Source: a virus (lineage: Duplodnaviria; Caudoviricetes). Taken from it: DNA of 64,000 bases. The stretch's first letter is position 1. The number at the start of each line of letters is the position of its first letter. The translations under genes were made by a program, and so were the position numbers. Shown here one piece after another: positions 1 through 11,186 of the stretch. The notes under the pieces were generated by a model. It had not been told where the DNA came from. It searched no databases and worked only from the letters and a program-made list of their open reading frames with translations. The stretch covers positions 192,001 through 256,000 of the IMG/VR virus record IMGVR_UViG_3300035208_004923. One strand, 5' to 3'.

Positions 1-720
1 TTCATGTAATGTAAAGAAAATTGGTGAATCTTTAACAATCCCACCTGGGTTTGTGTTTTGTGCAATTGTTGGATGCGTATAGTTATATTCAAAACCTGTA
101 GCATTATCAGGATTTTGCCAATATTCTGTTTGTATAAACTCCAATGATGGCATACTGAATGTAAGATATTTATCGTACATTTTTTCAGATAGCATAACAG
201 GTGACGGATTAAACACAGGTGTTTGTGTTTGCAAATCAGCGGAAAAACAGAATGTTGCGACTTTTAGATTTGACTTTGAGTTTTCTTTAAAGAAAACTTC
301 TAGCACGAATCCGTCTATACCTTCAAAATTATAGCCTGATAACACATGCATTTTCAATGTATCATAACTAACATTTGAGATTCGACTATTATAATCTTCC
401 AAAACAATTTCTGGGTGCTGTGTAAACACGTTTTCACCACTTCCTATTGTTGATAATGCCCATTTTGTTTGTTGCGCATTAACTGGGAGTGCAGTCCAAT
501 CTAAACAGTTGCCTGTTATATGCATGCCATTTACTGGTGCACCTTGGTTTACAAATTGATATTCGTTAGTGAAAGAATTTGTTATTCTATATATGCCTGC
601 ATACGTATCACCAACAGTTTCCGGAACTGTTGGATAATTTAAACTTGTAGGCGCATTCGCTGTGTACGAATACTCAAGTAATAACCAATCATTTAACTGT
701 ATGTATCTTGATGTTACCAT
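1..720 (-). CDS. Hypothetical, probably virion structural protein (5' part; runs off the window edge)
   Basis: ATG at 720; hand translation MVTSRYIQLNDWLLLEYSY...; tightly packed after 723..1580 in the late operon. Confidence 0.6.
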   Translation of the reverse strand, partial: MVTSRYIQLNDWLLLEYSYTANAPTSLNYPTVPETVGDTYAGIYRITNSFTNEYQFVNQGAPVNGMHITGNCLDWTALPVNAQQTKWALSTIGSGENVFTQHPEIVLEDYNSRISNVSYDTLKMHVLSGYNFEGIDGFVLEVFFKENSKSNLKVATFCFSADLQTQTPVFNPSPVMLSEKMYDKYLTFSMPSLEFIQTEYWQNPDNATGFEYNYTHPTIAQNTNPGGIVKDSPIFFTLHE

Positions 721-722
721 AA

Positions 723-1580
723 TTAAAATTCAAATATTTTATACGTTAAGCCGATTCCAATAAAAACTGAAGGATTGAATCCTGTCGATATTCCGAATCC
801 AATTTGTGGTCCAACAACAAAACGTTTTCTTGGGAAATACGATTTTATTAAAGGATCTTTTTGTGGGTCAATAATTGCTCCTTCTAATTCACTAATAACA
901 AATCCTGGATAATCTGAACGAACAAATATTCGTAATGTATTATCTTTTTTGTCACGTTCTAATCCTGTAACAATTGCAACATGAATTTCATCTTCTACTG
1001 CAACGTTAACTGCATTTTTATCAATAACAGGTAACTTTACATTAAATGTTTTATTACCTTTTATAATTTGTACATTAACTGTAGAATCTTGTAAAAAACC
1101 AACATCAATAGAACCTGAAATTATATGTTCATTTCCTTTTGAATAAATTTTATCATAATTAAATGTTACTGTTTGCGTACCGTCTTTATTTACAGTAACA
1201 TCAACCGCACCTGGATTTGTTGTGTTGTTTAATTTTGCAATCGAATCTTTCAATGCAGCGTTTAATTTTGTAATGTAAATAACTTTTCCTTTTTCTTTGT
1301 TAACTTCATCAGACAATCCTTTGTTTAATGTTTTCAAATTGCCGTTTTCTGCCGCAAGTACGCCTCTCTTATATTCTATTTCTTTTGCTTTATTTCTTTC
1401 AACAATAATAGAATCATGCTGTGCTGTTATATTTTGTTTCAATCTAGTTATTTCTTTATCTTGCGAATTTTGACCACAACCTTTAAAAATAAAAATTGAC
1501 ATAATGAATATAACAACAAGTAATGCTGTTTTCTGTACTGTTTGGTTTTTTAACCAATCTTTAATTGTATTTGTATTCAT
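723..1580 (-). CDS. Membrane-anchored/lipoprotein coiled-coil protein, spanin-like candidate
   Basis: N-terminal TM segment ending FKGC (possible lipobox), coiled coil, C-terminal beta hairpin VVGPQIGFG...FIGIGLTYKIFEF. Confidence 0.45.
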   Translation of the reverse strand: MNTNTIKDWLKNQTVQKTALLVVIFIMSIFIFKGCGQNSQDKEITRLKQNITAQHDSIIVERNKAKEIEYKRGVLAAENGNLKTLNKGLSDEVNKEKGKVIYITKLNAALKDSIAKLNNTTNPGAVDVTVNKDGTQTVTFNYDKIYSKGNEHIISGSIDVGFLQDSTVNVQIIKGNKTFNVKLPVIDKNAVNVAVEDEIHVAIVTGLERDKKDNTLRIFVRSDYPGFVISELEGAIIDPQKDPLIKSYFPRKRFVVGPQIGFGISTGFNPSVFIGIGLTYKIFEF

Positions 1581-1582
1581 AA

Positions 1583-2458
1583 TTATGGTTTTACTTGTCC
1601 TGTTAAATCATAAGTTGGTATTGCTGGTATGATTATGTTTTCAACTATCCAAAAGTTACCTGGCGTATTTGATGGGTATCCGTCAAAAGGTAACGGAGAA
1701 TATGGAACATAATTTTCAATATACCTTAATTTTATTATTTTTTCTGAAAATGCAATTGCTTGCATTTTCTTCTCTGTACTTTGTGCGTAATATTTTAGAT
1801 TGTCTGTCGTTGATACAGAATCGGCAACTAAATCACTCCATGAAAATAAATTTTTTTTTCTATCATACGTAACATACGCAGAGCCGTGAAAAATCATATT
1901 ACTAGGCGATGTACCATCAACTATTAAAGATGACGAAGATCCATTTGAACTATAATGCGTGGCATTATAATGCGAAAGATACTCCATGAAATTTGTGTTG
2001 AAGTTATAATCTTTTGACGTAATTGAATATTCTGTGCTATCTAATTGTTCATTCCAAAAATCGCCATGAACTTTTGTTGGCAATAAACTACCTGGAGCAC
2101 CGCCTGTTGGGTACGCAAATTGTCCTGGGCTACTTGTTGGAGTAAACATAGGAAACAAAATATTTTGTACTTGAGATTTTCCAGCAGTTACAGGAATTTT
2201 GTCTGAATAATTATGCGGCCATAATAATAATCCAATAGTTCCGTATTTTATAGGTGGATTCGTCGAATCGCATCCTAAATGAATAGTCAATTCATAACCG
2301 CTATACACATCTTTCGGCGGTTCAATTCTATAAATGTATCGTGAACCTGCACGGGTTTCGATATTATTACTCAATCTTATATAATTTTTCGTAAATTGTG
2401 ATAAGTCTAATATTTTAAAATTAGATGCTGTATAATCGTAATAATCTTTTCTTGCCAT
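1583..2458 (-). CDS. Hypothetical protein (tail/fibre-associated)
   Basis: 291-aa ORF, 2-nt gaps to both neighbours, downstream of fibre gene. Confidence 0.55.
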   Translation of the reverse strand: MARKDYYDYTASNFKILDLSQFTKNYIRLSNNIETRAGSRYIYRIEPPKDVYSGYELTIHLGCDSTNPPIKYGTIGLLLWPHNYSDKIPVTAGKSQVQNILFPMFTPTSSPGQFAYPTGGAPGSLLPTKVHGDFWNEQLDSTEYSITSKDYNFNTNFMEYLSHYNATHYSSNGSSSSLIVDGTSPSNMIFHGSAYVTYDRKKNLFSWSDLVADSVSTTDNLKYYAQSTEKKMQAIAFSEKIIKLRYIENYVPYSPLPFDGYPSNTPGNFWIVENIIIPAIPTYDLTGQVKP

Positions 2459-2460
2459 TT

Positions 2461-5025
2461 TTATAAATTTTGTATGTTAATGTATGTGTTATCGTCATAT
2501 GTAATATCGCTTGTTGACCCGCCAGATTGCGCTAAATTTTCAATTGTAACGATACGCCATTTATATTTATCAGCATCATATATTTTAGTTGCTTGTGATA
2601 CTAAATGTATGTATGCTGATTTATATTTTATCAATTTTAATTTTATCAAAAATTGATTTCCTGCTGATATTATTTTTTTGTCTTTTTGCGTTAATGTATA
2701 TGCAGTTTGTACAACGTTATTTATATCATTGAATACTATTTTTATTGTAGTGCTAGATAAATTAAGAACAGGCTTTGTGCTATCAACAGTACTAAATATT
2801 ATAGTATGTTCTTCACCTAAGTTTTCTTCTATATTTGATAAAGTATATGTAGGCAATACAATGTCTAAAGTGCTCACAGGTATTGATACATTATCATATT
2901 GCACCTGCCAAATTGGCCATTCAAATATATGATATAAACAATCTTTTGAAATAGACTGTCCTGTTGCTGCATTAACGCCAAATCCCATTCCAATCAATAC
3001 AGATAAATCAAAGTACTCATATTTTCCAACAATTGTTTGCATTGATTGCCATTGAGCAATACCGTCTGCTGTTTTACTTGTTAATACTTTGCCTAATACA
3101 TTTGTTGAATCAGGCGTCATTTGAAATCTTGCATTATCCAAAAACAATGCAACTGATTTATCAGTTGGGTTTGTAGGTTTATATGAAGCACTTGTTTGTG
3201 CTGTTGGCGTACTTTTCAGCCAAAGATAATTTTCGCTTGGTATTGTATGATTATCAGTATATCTAAAAAAGCCTAAAGTATATGAATCTTGTATGCCCCA
3301 TATATGGCCATTTATCATATAGTTCGGACCAAATGTATCACCTATATTGCTTATATATGCAGATCTGCCTTGTATTGTTGTAACAGTACTTGCCCATGCG
3401 TATTGTTGTTCTCGTATTTTCGAGTACGTTTGGTCAGGGCGTATTAATTCAACATATGATTTCGCATTGAGATTTGCACGTATGCCTAATGATATGCCAG
3501 GGTTACTTGTTGGTGTTTGTGGAAATACTGCAAAATATTCAGGTGTTCCAGTACCGTTGCCAAATTTGATTTCTGTTTTAAATATTGCGTCAGCAATACC
3601 TGAATGCCAAGTAGGAACACCGCCAAAATAATATTTTGATTTATATGTACTTGCTATATCTACTGTATCATATGCTGCTGCAATATCTTTACCTGATATA
3701 AATGCAATTGCGCCATTTTCATCAATTCTCATTGATTGAAAACGTGCAGTATCAGCATCTGTCTTAATTAAATTACCTGCTGCATTATTATTGCCGTTAT
3801 ATATGTTTATGCTACCAGCATGCGTTCCTGTTGCAGTTGTAACAATTTCTACACCTGTCATTAGTTTCAAATTATCGCCATTGCCATCATTTGTATAAGA
3901 TGCTATACCGAAATTTGTTTTAATTGGCGTTGCTGAAAAATTAGATGCAGATACGATAGTTGAATAATATCTATCATATGCACTTGTTTGTTCATTAGCT
4001 TCAGATATAAATGAACCTTCACTCCAAACTTTTTTAACTTTTAGATAAATGTCATTATTATTATTCTTTTCTGATGAAATGATTAAAACTGATTTATATT
4101 GGGTGTCATTTCCAAATTTTAACGGATCTTTTAATTTTTGAATAAATACGCCAAAATTTGATGCAAGAATAGGATCTTCGCTTAATGTATTATCTTCTTT
4201 TCTTACATGACCTTCTAAATATAAAACAGGAGCAGCAGTTCTTATATAATCAAACTTGCTCAAATCTGGGTTATAAACTGAACCAATTGTTATCGGAACA
4301 ACGTTAATATCTTCATAATTTGGTTGCAAATAGTTAACAGCGTCATACATGTTTGGTATTCTTGATGAAATTTCAACAATATCAGCATCTCTGAACTCGC
4401 TTCCAATAGGTGCACTTGTATTTGTTAATCCTAATTTGAAATGCGGCTTCTTATGAACCAAAATATCTGTATTATTTGAACCACCGAATGTTCCACTATT
4501 ATAATCTCTATAAGATACATACGCGTTACGTAATACATATTCATTTCCAGGATTTGCTTCATCAGCAGCACCTAAAAATGTTATGTTGTTTTCTAATGGG
4601 TATGTTGTCCAAACAGTATCTTGCGTTGTAGTAGGTGCAAATGAAGAAACTTGATAATCGTACGCAATTGGCGTGCCGATTGTTTCAACAATTTTGTATA
4701 ACTTGGTGTTCTCTACAAATGAATCGCCTATGTTATATGTTTTGTTTGCAATCAACGTTGGCAAATCATTAATAGCAGGTCTAGGTGTACCTGGGTATAA
4801 ATTGCTATTATCAGGTGTTGTGAAAAATATTCTAGTGCCATTTACGCCATCATCACCTTTTATTCCATTTCGTCCTTGCCCACCAGGTAATCCAGGTTGT
4901 CCACTCCCACCGCGTAATCCACGTGGCCCGCCATTTAGTTGTGCAATTTGTATGAAATTATCGTTTACCTTTTGTATGAAGACATCATATTGTTCGTTTC
5001 CTAATATCTTTTGAATATTTACCAT
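2461..5025 (-). CDS. Tail fibre-like protein with collagen repeat
   Basis: GPRGLRGGSGQPGLPGGQGRNGIKGDDGVNG Gly-X-Y run; N-terminal KVNDNF motif; GKVLTSKTADGIAQWQ fibre-type motif. Confidence 0.65.
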   Translation of the reverse strand: MVNIQKILGNEQYDVFIQKVNDNFIQIAQLNGGPRGLRGGSGQPGLPGGQGRNGIKGDDGVNGTRIFFTTPDNSNLYPGTPRPAINDLPTLIANKTYNIGDSFVENTKLYKIVETIGTPIAYDYQVSSFAPTTTQDTVWTTYPLENNITFLGAADEANPGNEYVLRNAYVSYRDYNSGTFGGSNNTDILVHKKPHFKLGLTNTSAPIGSEFRDADIVEISSRIPNMYDAVNYLQPNYEDINVVPITIGSVYNPDLSKFDYIRTAAPVLYLEGHVRKEDNTLSEDPILASNFGVFIQKLKDPLKFGNDTQYKSVLIISSEKNNNNDIYLKVKKVWSEGSFISEANEQTSAYDRYYSTIVSASNFSATPIKTNFGIASYTNDGNGDNLKLMTGVEIVTTATGTHAGSINIYNGNNNAAGNLIKTDADTARFQSMRIDENGAIAFISGKDIAAAYDTVDIASTYKSKYYFGGVPTWHSGIADAIFKTEIKFGNGTGTPEYFAVFPQTPTSNPGISLGIRANLNAKSYVELIRPDQTYSKIREQQYAWASTVTTIQGRSAYISNIGDTFGPNYMINGHIWGIQDSYTLGFFRYTDNHTIPSENYLWLKSTPTAQTSASYKPTNPTDKSVALFLDNARFQMTPDSTNVLGKVLTSKTADGIAQWQSMQTIVGKYEYFDLSVLIGMGFGVNAATGQSISKDCLYHIFEWPIWQVQYDNVSIPVSTLDIVLPTYTLSNIEENLGEEHTIIFSTVDSTKPVLNLSSTTIKIVFNDINNVVQTAYTLTQKDKKIISAGNQFLIKLKLIKYKSAYIHLVSQATKIYDADKYKWRIVTIENLAQSGGSTSDITYDDNTYINIQNL

Positions 5026-5040
5026 GTTGATGATTAATTT

Positions 5041-5052
5041 ATTTATATATTC
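5041..5052 (-). promoter_or_regulatory. Late-type promoter GAATATATAAAT
   Basis: Motif recurs about 11 times just upstream of virion genes. Confidence 0.65.
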
Positions 5053-5061
5053 CTTTTAAAA

Positions 5062-8000
5062 TTATATACGATTTACATCTATGCCAACTGAATATGTCAA
5101 ATAATCTTTAGTATCAACAAAAATCGAAATTGTCATTTGTAATTCAGATGTTTTGGTTATCTTTACATTTTTGTAATTTGAATATCCTGTGTTTAGTAAC
5201 ATTGATTCTGTTGTATCTAAATTTATTTGATTGCTGTTTGCTTTTATTGCTTTCTTTGCATATACTACAACATTTGTATAAGTATATAAATTTAAAATAT
5301 TAGCAGTAATATAATTTGACATATATAACTCTTTTTCAGCTTGTGACATGTTTGATACTAATGAATTGTCTACATTAGCACTTATCCAATCCAATTCTTT
5401 TATTGCATAATTATCAATCATTTCACGCAATAAACGTTTCTCCAAATTAAAAGTAATGTCAATTCTATTTTGTCCATTATCTATTGACGATATTGAGCCT
5501 ACTGATTTTAAAGCAGATACGTTTGCGCCTATGCTATTGATTTCTTTTATTGAATATTCGCTAGAATTAAAAGAAAAGAAATTAAAACCTTTAGGTACGT
5601 TCATAGTTTTACTTCCAAAAAACGATTTAATTTCAACAACATCGGCCATGCCATCAACTAATATTTTCTCATTTACTGTTGTGTTATTTACATAATATTT
5701 AGAATCCCATGAACTTGCAACAATGCATGTATCTTTTTTATCAATTGCAATTTCATCTATCAATGGATATTTGCTTTCGTAAGAAGAATCGTTTGAAAGT
5801 AATAAAATTTCTTTATCATTAACTTTATTATACGAATGATTAAGAATTACCGCATTATTTTCAATTGATGATCCTATAGATGTATTACATAATGTAAAAT
5901 CCTTTTTGAAATAATTTGAGAATTCAAGTTTTTCATTCAAGTTATATTCAATCACATTTCGCATTTTTGGCGCAAAATGTCCAGTGTAGCGATACAATAC
6001 TTCAGTTGAATCTGTTGACGCAATTGCATAACCTATAGTATCAATAGATTTAAGTTGCGTAGGCTTGTCAGTATCTTTTGTTACTTCTTGTATTTTTGTT
6101 TTTATGATTTTGTTATATTCAATGAATGACAATGCAAATTTATTATTGTATGAACCTTTTGAATCTACTGACACAAACTTTACAACATTGTGTTTTGTTT
6201 GTATCTTATCTGCAATATTTTTAAAAGACAATATATCTGATATTTTGCTATTATAGTTTTCACCACTATTTAGATAATAGATATTTCTATTTCCTCCACC
6301 TTGATGGGTTTCGTAATACGTCGAATTTGTTGTTAATGAATACTGTATTGCATTATTATCGAAATACATATTATAGTAATCATTAAAAGCAACAGGCGTA
6401 TATGTGTTAACTGCAGCAGGATCCTGTTTATCGCTTATATTTATTGACGAATTTGTTGCATTATACATATCTGAACCTAATAACATATCATACATATACA
6501 TTACTGATGGGTTATTTGGATATGACAATGTTTTTCTATAATGGTAAACAATACTTCCCGCTGTTGTTGCGCTTGGTTTATAATTAATGACACTTGGCCC
6601 TGCGTAATCATAGTATAAATTAGCAAAACCTTCAAATGAAATAATTTTACTTATTGGTAAGTTAACGCCATCGTTATCAAAATTTCCTACGTTATATGCT
6701 GTTTGTAAACTACCAGCATTAAATGGGCGGTATTCTTGAAAGTCAATTCCGTATTCGTCATTTAATGAATAATTAAGTTTTCTGTTATTTTTCTTTGTCG
6801 TAAATAACTGTTCAACATCTGTTTGTAATTGAATATCTTTATAGTCAACAATTACACCAAATTTATGCATATTCATATTTTTTTGCATATCATATTCGGT
6901 ATTCCACAAATCTTTCCATTCTCTAGAATTAATGTCTGTGTAAACTTTAATTGAATCTGACTTGAAAGCATTATTTATCGAATAAAGTGCAGCATAAGTT
7001 AACTTATCTAATTTATGATCTTGTAAAAATACTGTTACAACTATCGTAATATTTTTAAATACTTGGTTATCTATAATTTCAATATCATATAATTTATTAA
7101 GTGAAAATACGTCTACTGTTCTTTTTGTTAATATCGCAGTAAACTTATAATCTTCGTACTTTGTTGAATTTGCAACAATATTACCAAATTCGTCAATTTC
7201 ATCTATTTTAATATTAGCGCCATGAAACATTGTTTGTATTTCATTGATGCCATCAATCATTTTCGTAAATGTAAATCGTTCACTTTTTATTTTTGAAACA
7301 TTGTTATCATTATAATTTTCAACAGGATAACCAACTGAAAAATATTTTACGAAATAATCTGTACTTGTATCAGATAACAATTCTTTCCAAGTTCTTGTAT
7401 TATTTGTAAAATTTGGAACATCGCTTAATGATTCAAACATATAACTTCTAGCATTTTGTACAAAATCTATTGGAAATTGCGATGGGTGTTCATCAAGATA
7501 AAGCCATTCATGTGTGTACATACTAGGATCTTTAACAACATCAAAACTAGGCGAGAAGTTTGTTGCACCAAATGCAGATGATAAATTAAATCTGTATTTA
7601 TTGTCTCTAATGTCTGAGCCGTCACTTACCCATTTGTTTATATAAGGAACAACCATTGATGCTGTTGCCCATTCAGTTAAATAGTTTTCTTTTAATCTAT
7701 CGTATTCTGAAATTAACATATCATATACGAATCTACTAAAATCTTCAGCAGCGATTAATCCGCTAACGACTGATTCGTCCGCTAATGATAACAAATCACG
7801 TAATCCTGCAAATCCTTTAAATGTTTGCATGTCTCTATCAATATGTTCAGTTGATATTACAGAAATATTTTCTAAACCCGAATTAACGTTAATAACATTT
7901 TTGTTCATATACAAAAATTTCTCAAAAGTTAAAACTTGAGTACTGCTATTATTTCTTATTCTAATTTTTTCGTATTTTTTGCCTCTTATGTATCTTCTAT

Positions 8001-11000
8001 AAAACTGCGAATTAACATCTGTTACATGAAATATGCCAGGTGTGTATGTATTAAATAAACAGTCAGCAGGTTCTGCTGATAATAATTGTGGACTATTTAA
8101 AACAGGTTCAGCTGATTCGTATGGATAATTAACAGAATCGTATGCATATTCAGTAGAAATAATTTCCCATGTATTATCAATAAAACCTTCTAACGTTGGT
8201 TTGTTGTTACTGTCTGCTGCTGTTATTTTGTAAAATTCATTTAATTCTAATTCAAGTGTTTCATTGAAATTTACATTTAATTCATCAAAGTATTTTAGTA
8301 ATTCTGCAGTTGGCGTATACGCATATTGCGATTGGTAAAAATCAAAATCAAAATCTTGAACAGGAAAAAATGATAAAATTGAAAATGATGGTTTGAAAAC
8401 TTTGAATGCAGAAATTCGTAAATCGTTACTTGTATAGAATTCCATTGTTTCATCTTCTATTTCTATGATTTTATATGTATCAATATTTGCAAAACCCGAA
8501 AGTTTATTATCTACGTATAACGGTTCATCTAAATATGGCAATGCAATTAATTTATTACCATTAACGTCATATTCGCGTACAATTGAATACTTGTTACTTT
8601 GTGTTTGGAACCAATCTTCGTTTGTTACATTACTTGCAGTTGTAAAATCAATGCATGCTCTATTTCGTTTTCGCGTATTTCCACCTATGAAATTTGTTTT
8701 AACTTCATATGACATTGGTGAACCAATTGATGAAACGTTAGCAGGTAAGTCATAAAATTTCAAATTATCTTTATCACTTTCATCAGTTAATAAACGCGTG
8801 AAAGTATATGCATTGGCACCTGAGAATTTTTCTTTTGTGATAATGAAAACTTTATTATCAATTGCAACTGCATGCACAGGAATATTTTGAAATTGATTTA
8901 TGCAACCAGCAACTGCTATTGCAACATTGTTAGGATGTCCTTTAGGATTAAACGTATTAATAAATTCAAATACATCATTATTGTATAATGGGTAATCCCA
9001 CCAATCACCTTCTTGTAATCCAGTTTCATTAGCAATCATTGTCCATTTATGAAATTCACCATTTCTCTCCCACGCAATCGTTAGTTTTTCATTTGGGTTG
9101 AATACATATTTACTGTCTAATGAATCATATAAGTACAAAATACATTGTCCAAACGATTCATCCTTTAAAGTTGCAGGTAATTGGGCGCTTAAAGTTTCAA
9201 TACCGCATAATGATCCTGTGTTATATGTCTTATCATATAATTTAAAGTTTCTATATGTGACTGTTTCATTATCAATCGTTACATTTTCATCTGTTGCTGA
9301 ATGCACACGATTGAATACGCATTCTCTATTTTTAATTACAATGCATTTATTCTTATCTTCTAATTGTGTAGATGTCGGTAGCATATCTTCAATAATAACA
9401 GGTATACTTATTCCATCATCATTGGTTTGATTAAGTGCAGTTATTGAATAAGGTTGCAAATCAATATTTTTTCTAACAACTGGAATTTGATTTAATTCAT
9501 TTGCTAATATTGCGCTATTCACATTAAATTTTTTCAATTCTATATCGTTAACATAGAAACCAAAATATCTATTTATTGAATATTCATCTGCTTCATTATC
9601 GTCAAATAAGAATTCTAAATTTATTAAATTTTGTGAAATTATCGAATTTCTTTTAAATCCTTTTGTTATGTAATCGTCTAATTCTTTAATAGGTCTATCT
9701 GTTGTGAATACATCATATAAGTATTCGCCTTTTCCTGCAATTTGTCCATCTTCATACGAAACACCTGTCCATGTTGATAAAGTATCTTCATCAAATGATA
9801 CATATAATGGCGTTTGCGTAAAACTTGTATGATTTACAATATTTCTCAAATATGTGCCAATCTTTGTTCCTTGTCTTAAATCGAATGTTTTAACAATTTT
9901 AGCATTCGATAAAAATTCAGTTAATAAAGCTTCATTAGATAATCCTTTGTATGCCGCAATTGAAATTGGATGGTCAACTCTAAAAATAACAAAATTATCA
10001 GGTATGATTTTATTCAACCATATAGGTGCGAAGAAACTAAATTCTTCATCATATAAATTACTGTTTAATTGTGATACGCCATACGCATAAAAATTATCAT
10101 ATTGTAAATGATATTGATTCTTTGTGCTGTTATACAATGAATCATATTCTTTAATGTCAAAAATTACTTCAGACGGTACAGAACCATTATCTAGAAATCT
10201 GTATAAATCTGCTGCATAACTGGAATTTGGACTAAGTTTAAATTTCTTGAATCTTATGTCAGCAAGTGTTGGATTTGCATCAAATGAATTTAGCCAAATG
10301 TCATTATTGCTATCTGCTGTTATTTTTATATTACCTGAAATAAGAGGATTAGTTCGAATTAAAGAAGCTGACGCTTTGTCTGCATATAAAGCATTATCAT
10401 TAATAGGTAATTCATTTATGTTAGATCTTGATGCATTTTTATTCAATTTATATCCTGCAATGTCAAGTTCAACAAAATCAATTTTATAAACTGCATCCCA
10501 TATATTCTCGTCTAAATTTATATTTGAAATAACTTCATTAACTCCTTTGATTCCATTTTTCATATTAATCGCTGGATAATCTGATGCAATTTCTGTGTAT
10601 GTAGGCAAAAGTGTATCTAATGAAGGTATCTGTCCAGTGTATCTGAATTCGTATCCATCAACTCCATTATAAACAGGCTTATATGCACTAACAAGAATAA
10701 TAAATTTTGTTAGTTCGTCAGTTGTCCCATCATAATCAATTCTATATGCAAATTGTCCGCCTTTTCTTACTTTTTGCCACAATTCAGGTTTAGGCGCAAG
10801 GAATGTATCGAATGACGGGTTGCTACTAGGACTGCCTACATTATATTCATCATTTGTTCCATAAACATTTAATGCTTTATACGTTACGTAATTGTTTTGT
10901 ACGTAATTGCACGATTCATTTAATTCGATTCCGTTAATTTTAAATGAACTAGTGCTATTATTTTGTTTCACAGGAACAAGTGTTACATAATACTCTATTA

Positions 11001-11109
11001 AATTATCAGTCCATGCGTCTGTGAAATGTATACGTAGAAATCTTGTAGTTTTTCCGCTAAATATTAAATCATTAGGAAAATTTACATTATACCAAAAAGG
11101 GTTGCTCAT
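5062..11109 (-). CDS. Giant (2015 aa) putative virion structural protein
   Basis: Size, N/Y/D/T-rich composition, late promoter, position in tail/baseplate module. Confidence 0.55.
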   Translation of the reverse strand: MSNPFWYNVNFPNDLIFSGKTTRFLRIHFTDAWTDNLIEYYVTLVPVKQNNSTSSFKINGIELNESCNYVQNNYVTYKALNVYGTNDEYNVGSPSSNPSFDTFLAPKPELWQKVRKGGQFAYRIDYDGTTDELTKFIILVSAYKPVYNGVDGYEFRYTGQIPSLDTLLPTYTEIASDYPAINMKNGIKGVNEVISNINLDENIWDAVYKIDFVELDIAGYKLNKNASRSNINELPINDNALYADKASASLIRTNPLISGNIKITADSNNDIWLNSFDANPTLADIRFKKFKLSPNSSYAADLYRFLDNGSVPSEVIFDIKEYDSLYNSTKNQYHLQYDNFYAYGVSQLNSNLYDEEFSFFAPIWLNKIIPDNFVIFRVDHPISIAAYKGLSNEALLTEFLSNAKIVKTFDLRQGTKIGTYLRNIVNHTSFTQTPLYVSFDEDTLSTWTGVSYEDGQIAGKGEYLYDVFTTDRPIKELDDYITKGFKRNSIISQNLINLEFLFDDNEADEYSINRYFGFYVNDIELKKFNVNSAILANELNQIPVVRKNIDLQPYSITALNQTNDDGISIPVIIEDMLPTSTQLEDKNKCIVIKNRECVFNRVHSATDENVTIDNETVTYRNFKLYDKTYNTGSLCGIETLSAQLPATLKDESFGQCILYLYDSLDSKYVFNPNEKLTIAWERNGEFHKWTMIANETGLQEGDWWDYPLYNNDVFEFINTFNPKGHPNNVAIAVAGCINQFQNIPVHAVAIDNKVFIITKEKFSGANAYTFTRLLTDESDKDNLKFYDLPANVSSIGSPMSYEVKTNFIGGNTRKRNRACIDFTTASNVTNEDWFQTQSNKYSIVREYDVNGNKLIALPYLDEPLYVDNKLSGFANIDTYKIIEIEDETMEFYTSNDLRISAFKVFKPSFSILSFFPVQDFDFDFYQSQYAYTPTAELLKYFDELNVNFNETLELELNEFYKITAADSNNKPTLEGFIDNTWEIISTEYAYDSVNYPYESAEPVLNSPQLLSAEPADCLFNTYTPGIFHVTDVNSQFYRRYIRGKKYEKIRIRNNSSTQVLTFEKFLYMNKNVINVNSGLENISVISTEHIDRDMQTFKGFAGLRDLLSLADESVVSGLIAAEDFSRFVYDMLISEYDRLKENYLTEWATASMVVPYINKWVSDGSDIRDNKYRFNLSSAFGATNFSPSFDVVKDPSMYTHEWLYLDEHPSQFPIDFVQNARSYMFESLSDVPNFTNNTRTWKELLSDTSTDYFVKYFSVGYPVENYNDNNVSKIKSERFTFTKMIDGINEIQTMFHGANIKIDEIDEFGNIVANSTKYEDYKFTAILTKRTVDVFSLNKLYDIEIIDNQVFKNITIVVTVFLQDHKLDKLTYAALYSINNAFKSDSIKVYTDINSREWKDLWNTEYDMQKNMNMHKFGVIVDYKDIQLQTDVEQLFTTKKNNRKLNYSLNDEYGIDFQEYRPFNAGSLQTAYNVGNFDNDGVNLPISKIISFEGFANLYYDYAGPSVINYKPSATTAGSIVYHYRKTLSYPNNPSVMYMYDMLLGSDMYNATNSSINISDKQDPAAVNTYTPVAFNDYYNMYFDNNAIQYSLTTNSTYYETHQGGGNRNIYYLNSGENYNSKISDILSFKNIADKIQTKHNVVKFVSVDSKGSYNNKFALSFIEYNKIIKTKIQEVTKDTDKPTQLKSIDTIGYAIASTDSTEVLYRYTGHFAPKMRNVIEYNLNEKLEFSNYFKKDFTLCNTSIGSSIENNAVILNHSYNKVNDKEILLLSNDSSYESKYPLIDEIAIDKKDTCIVASSWDSKYYVNNTTVNEKILVDGMADVVEIKSFFGSKTMNVPKGFNFFSFNSSEYSIKEINSIGANVSALKSVGSISSIDNGQNRIDITFNLEKRLLREMIDNYAIKELDWISANVDNSLVSNMSQAEKELYMSNYITANILNLYTYTNVVVYAKKAIKANSNQINLDTTESMLLNTGYSNYKNVKITKTSELQMTISIFVDTKDYLTYSVGIDVNRI

Positions 11110-11121
11110 ACTTTATTGTTT

Positions 11122-11133
11122 ATTTATATATTC
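11122..11133 (-). promoter_or_regulatory. Late-type promoter GAATATATAAAT
   Basis: Exact motif upstream of the ATG at 11109. Confidence 0.65.
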
Positions 11134-11135
11134 AT

Positions 11136-11170
11136 AAAAAAAGGGAAGTACTTTTTTGTACTTCCCTTTT
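11136..11170 (-). terminator. Intrinsic terminator
   Basis: AAAAGGGAAGTAC-loop-GTACTTCCCTTTT hairpin followed by a T-tract on the minus strand. Confidence 0.8.
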
Positions 11171-11186
11171 CAATCAATATGTTATG

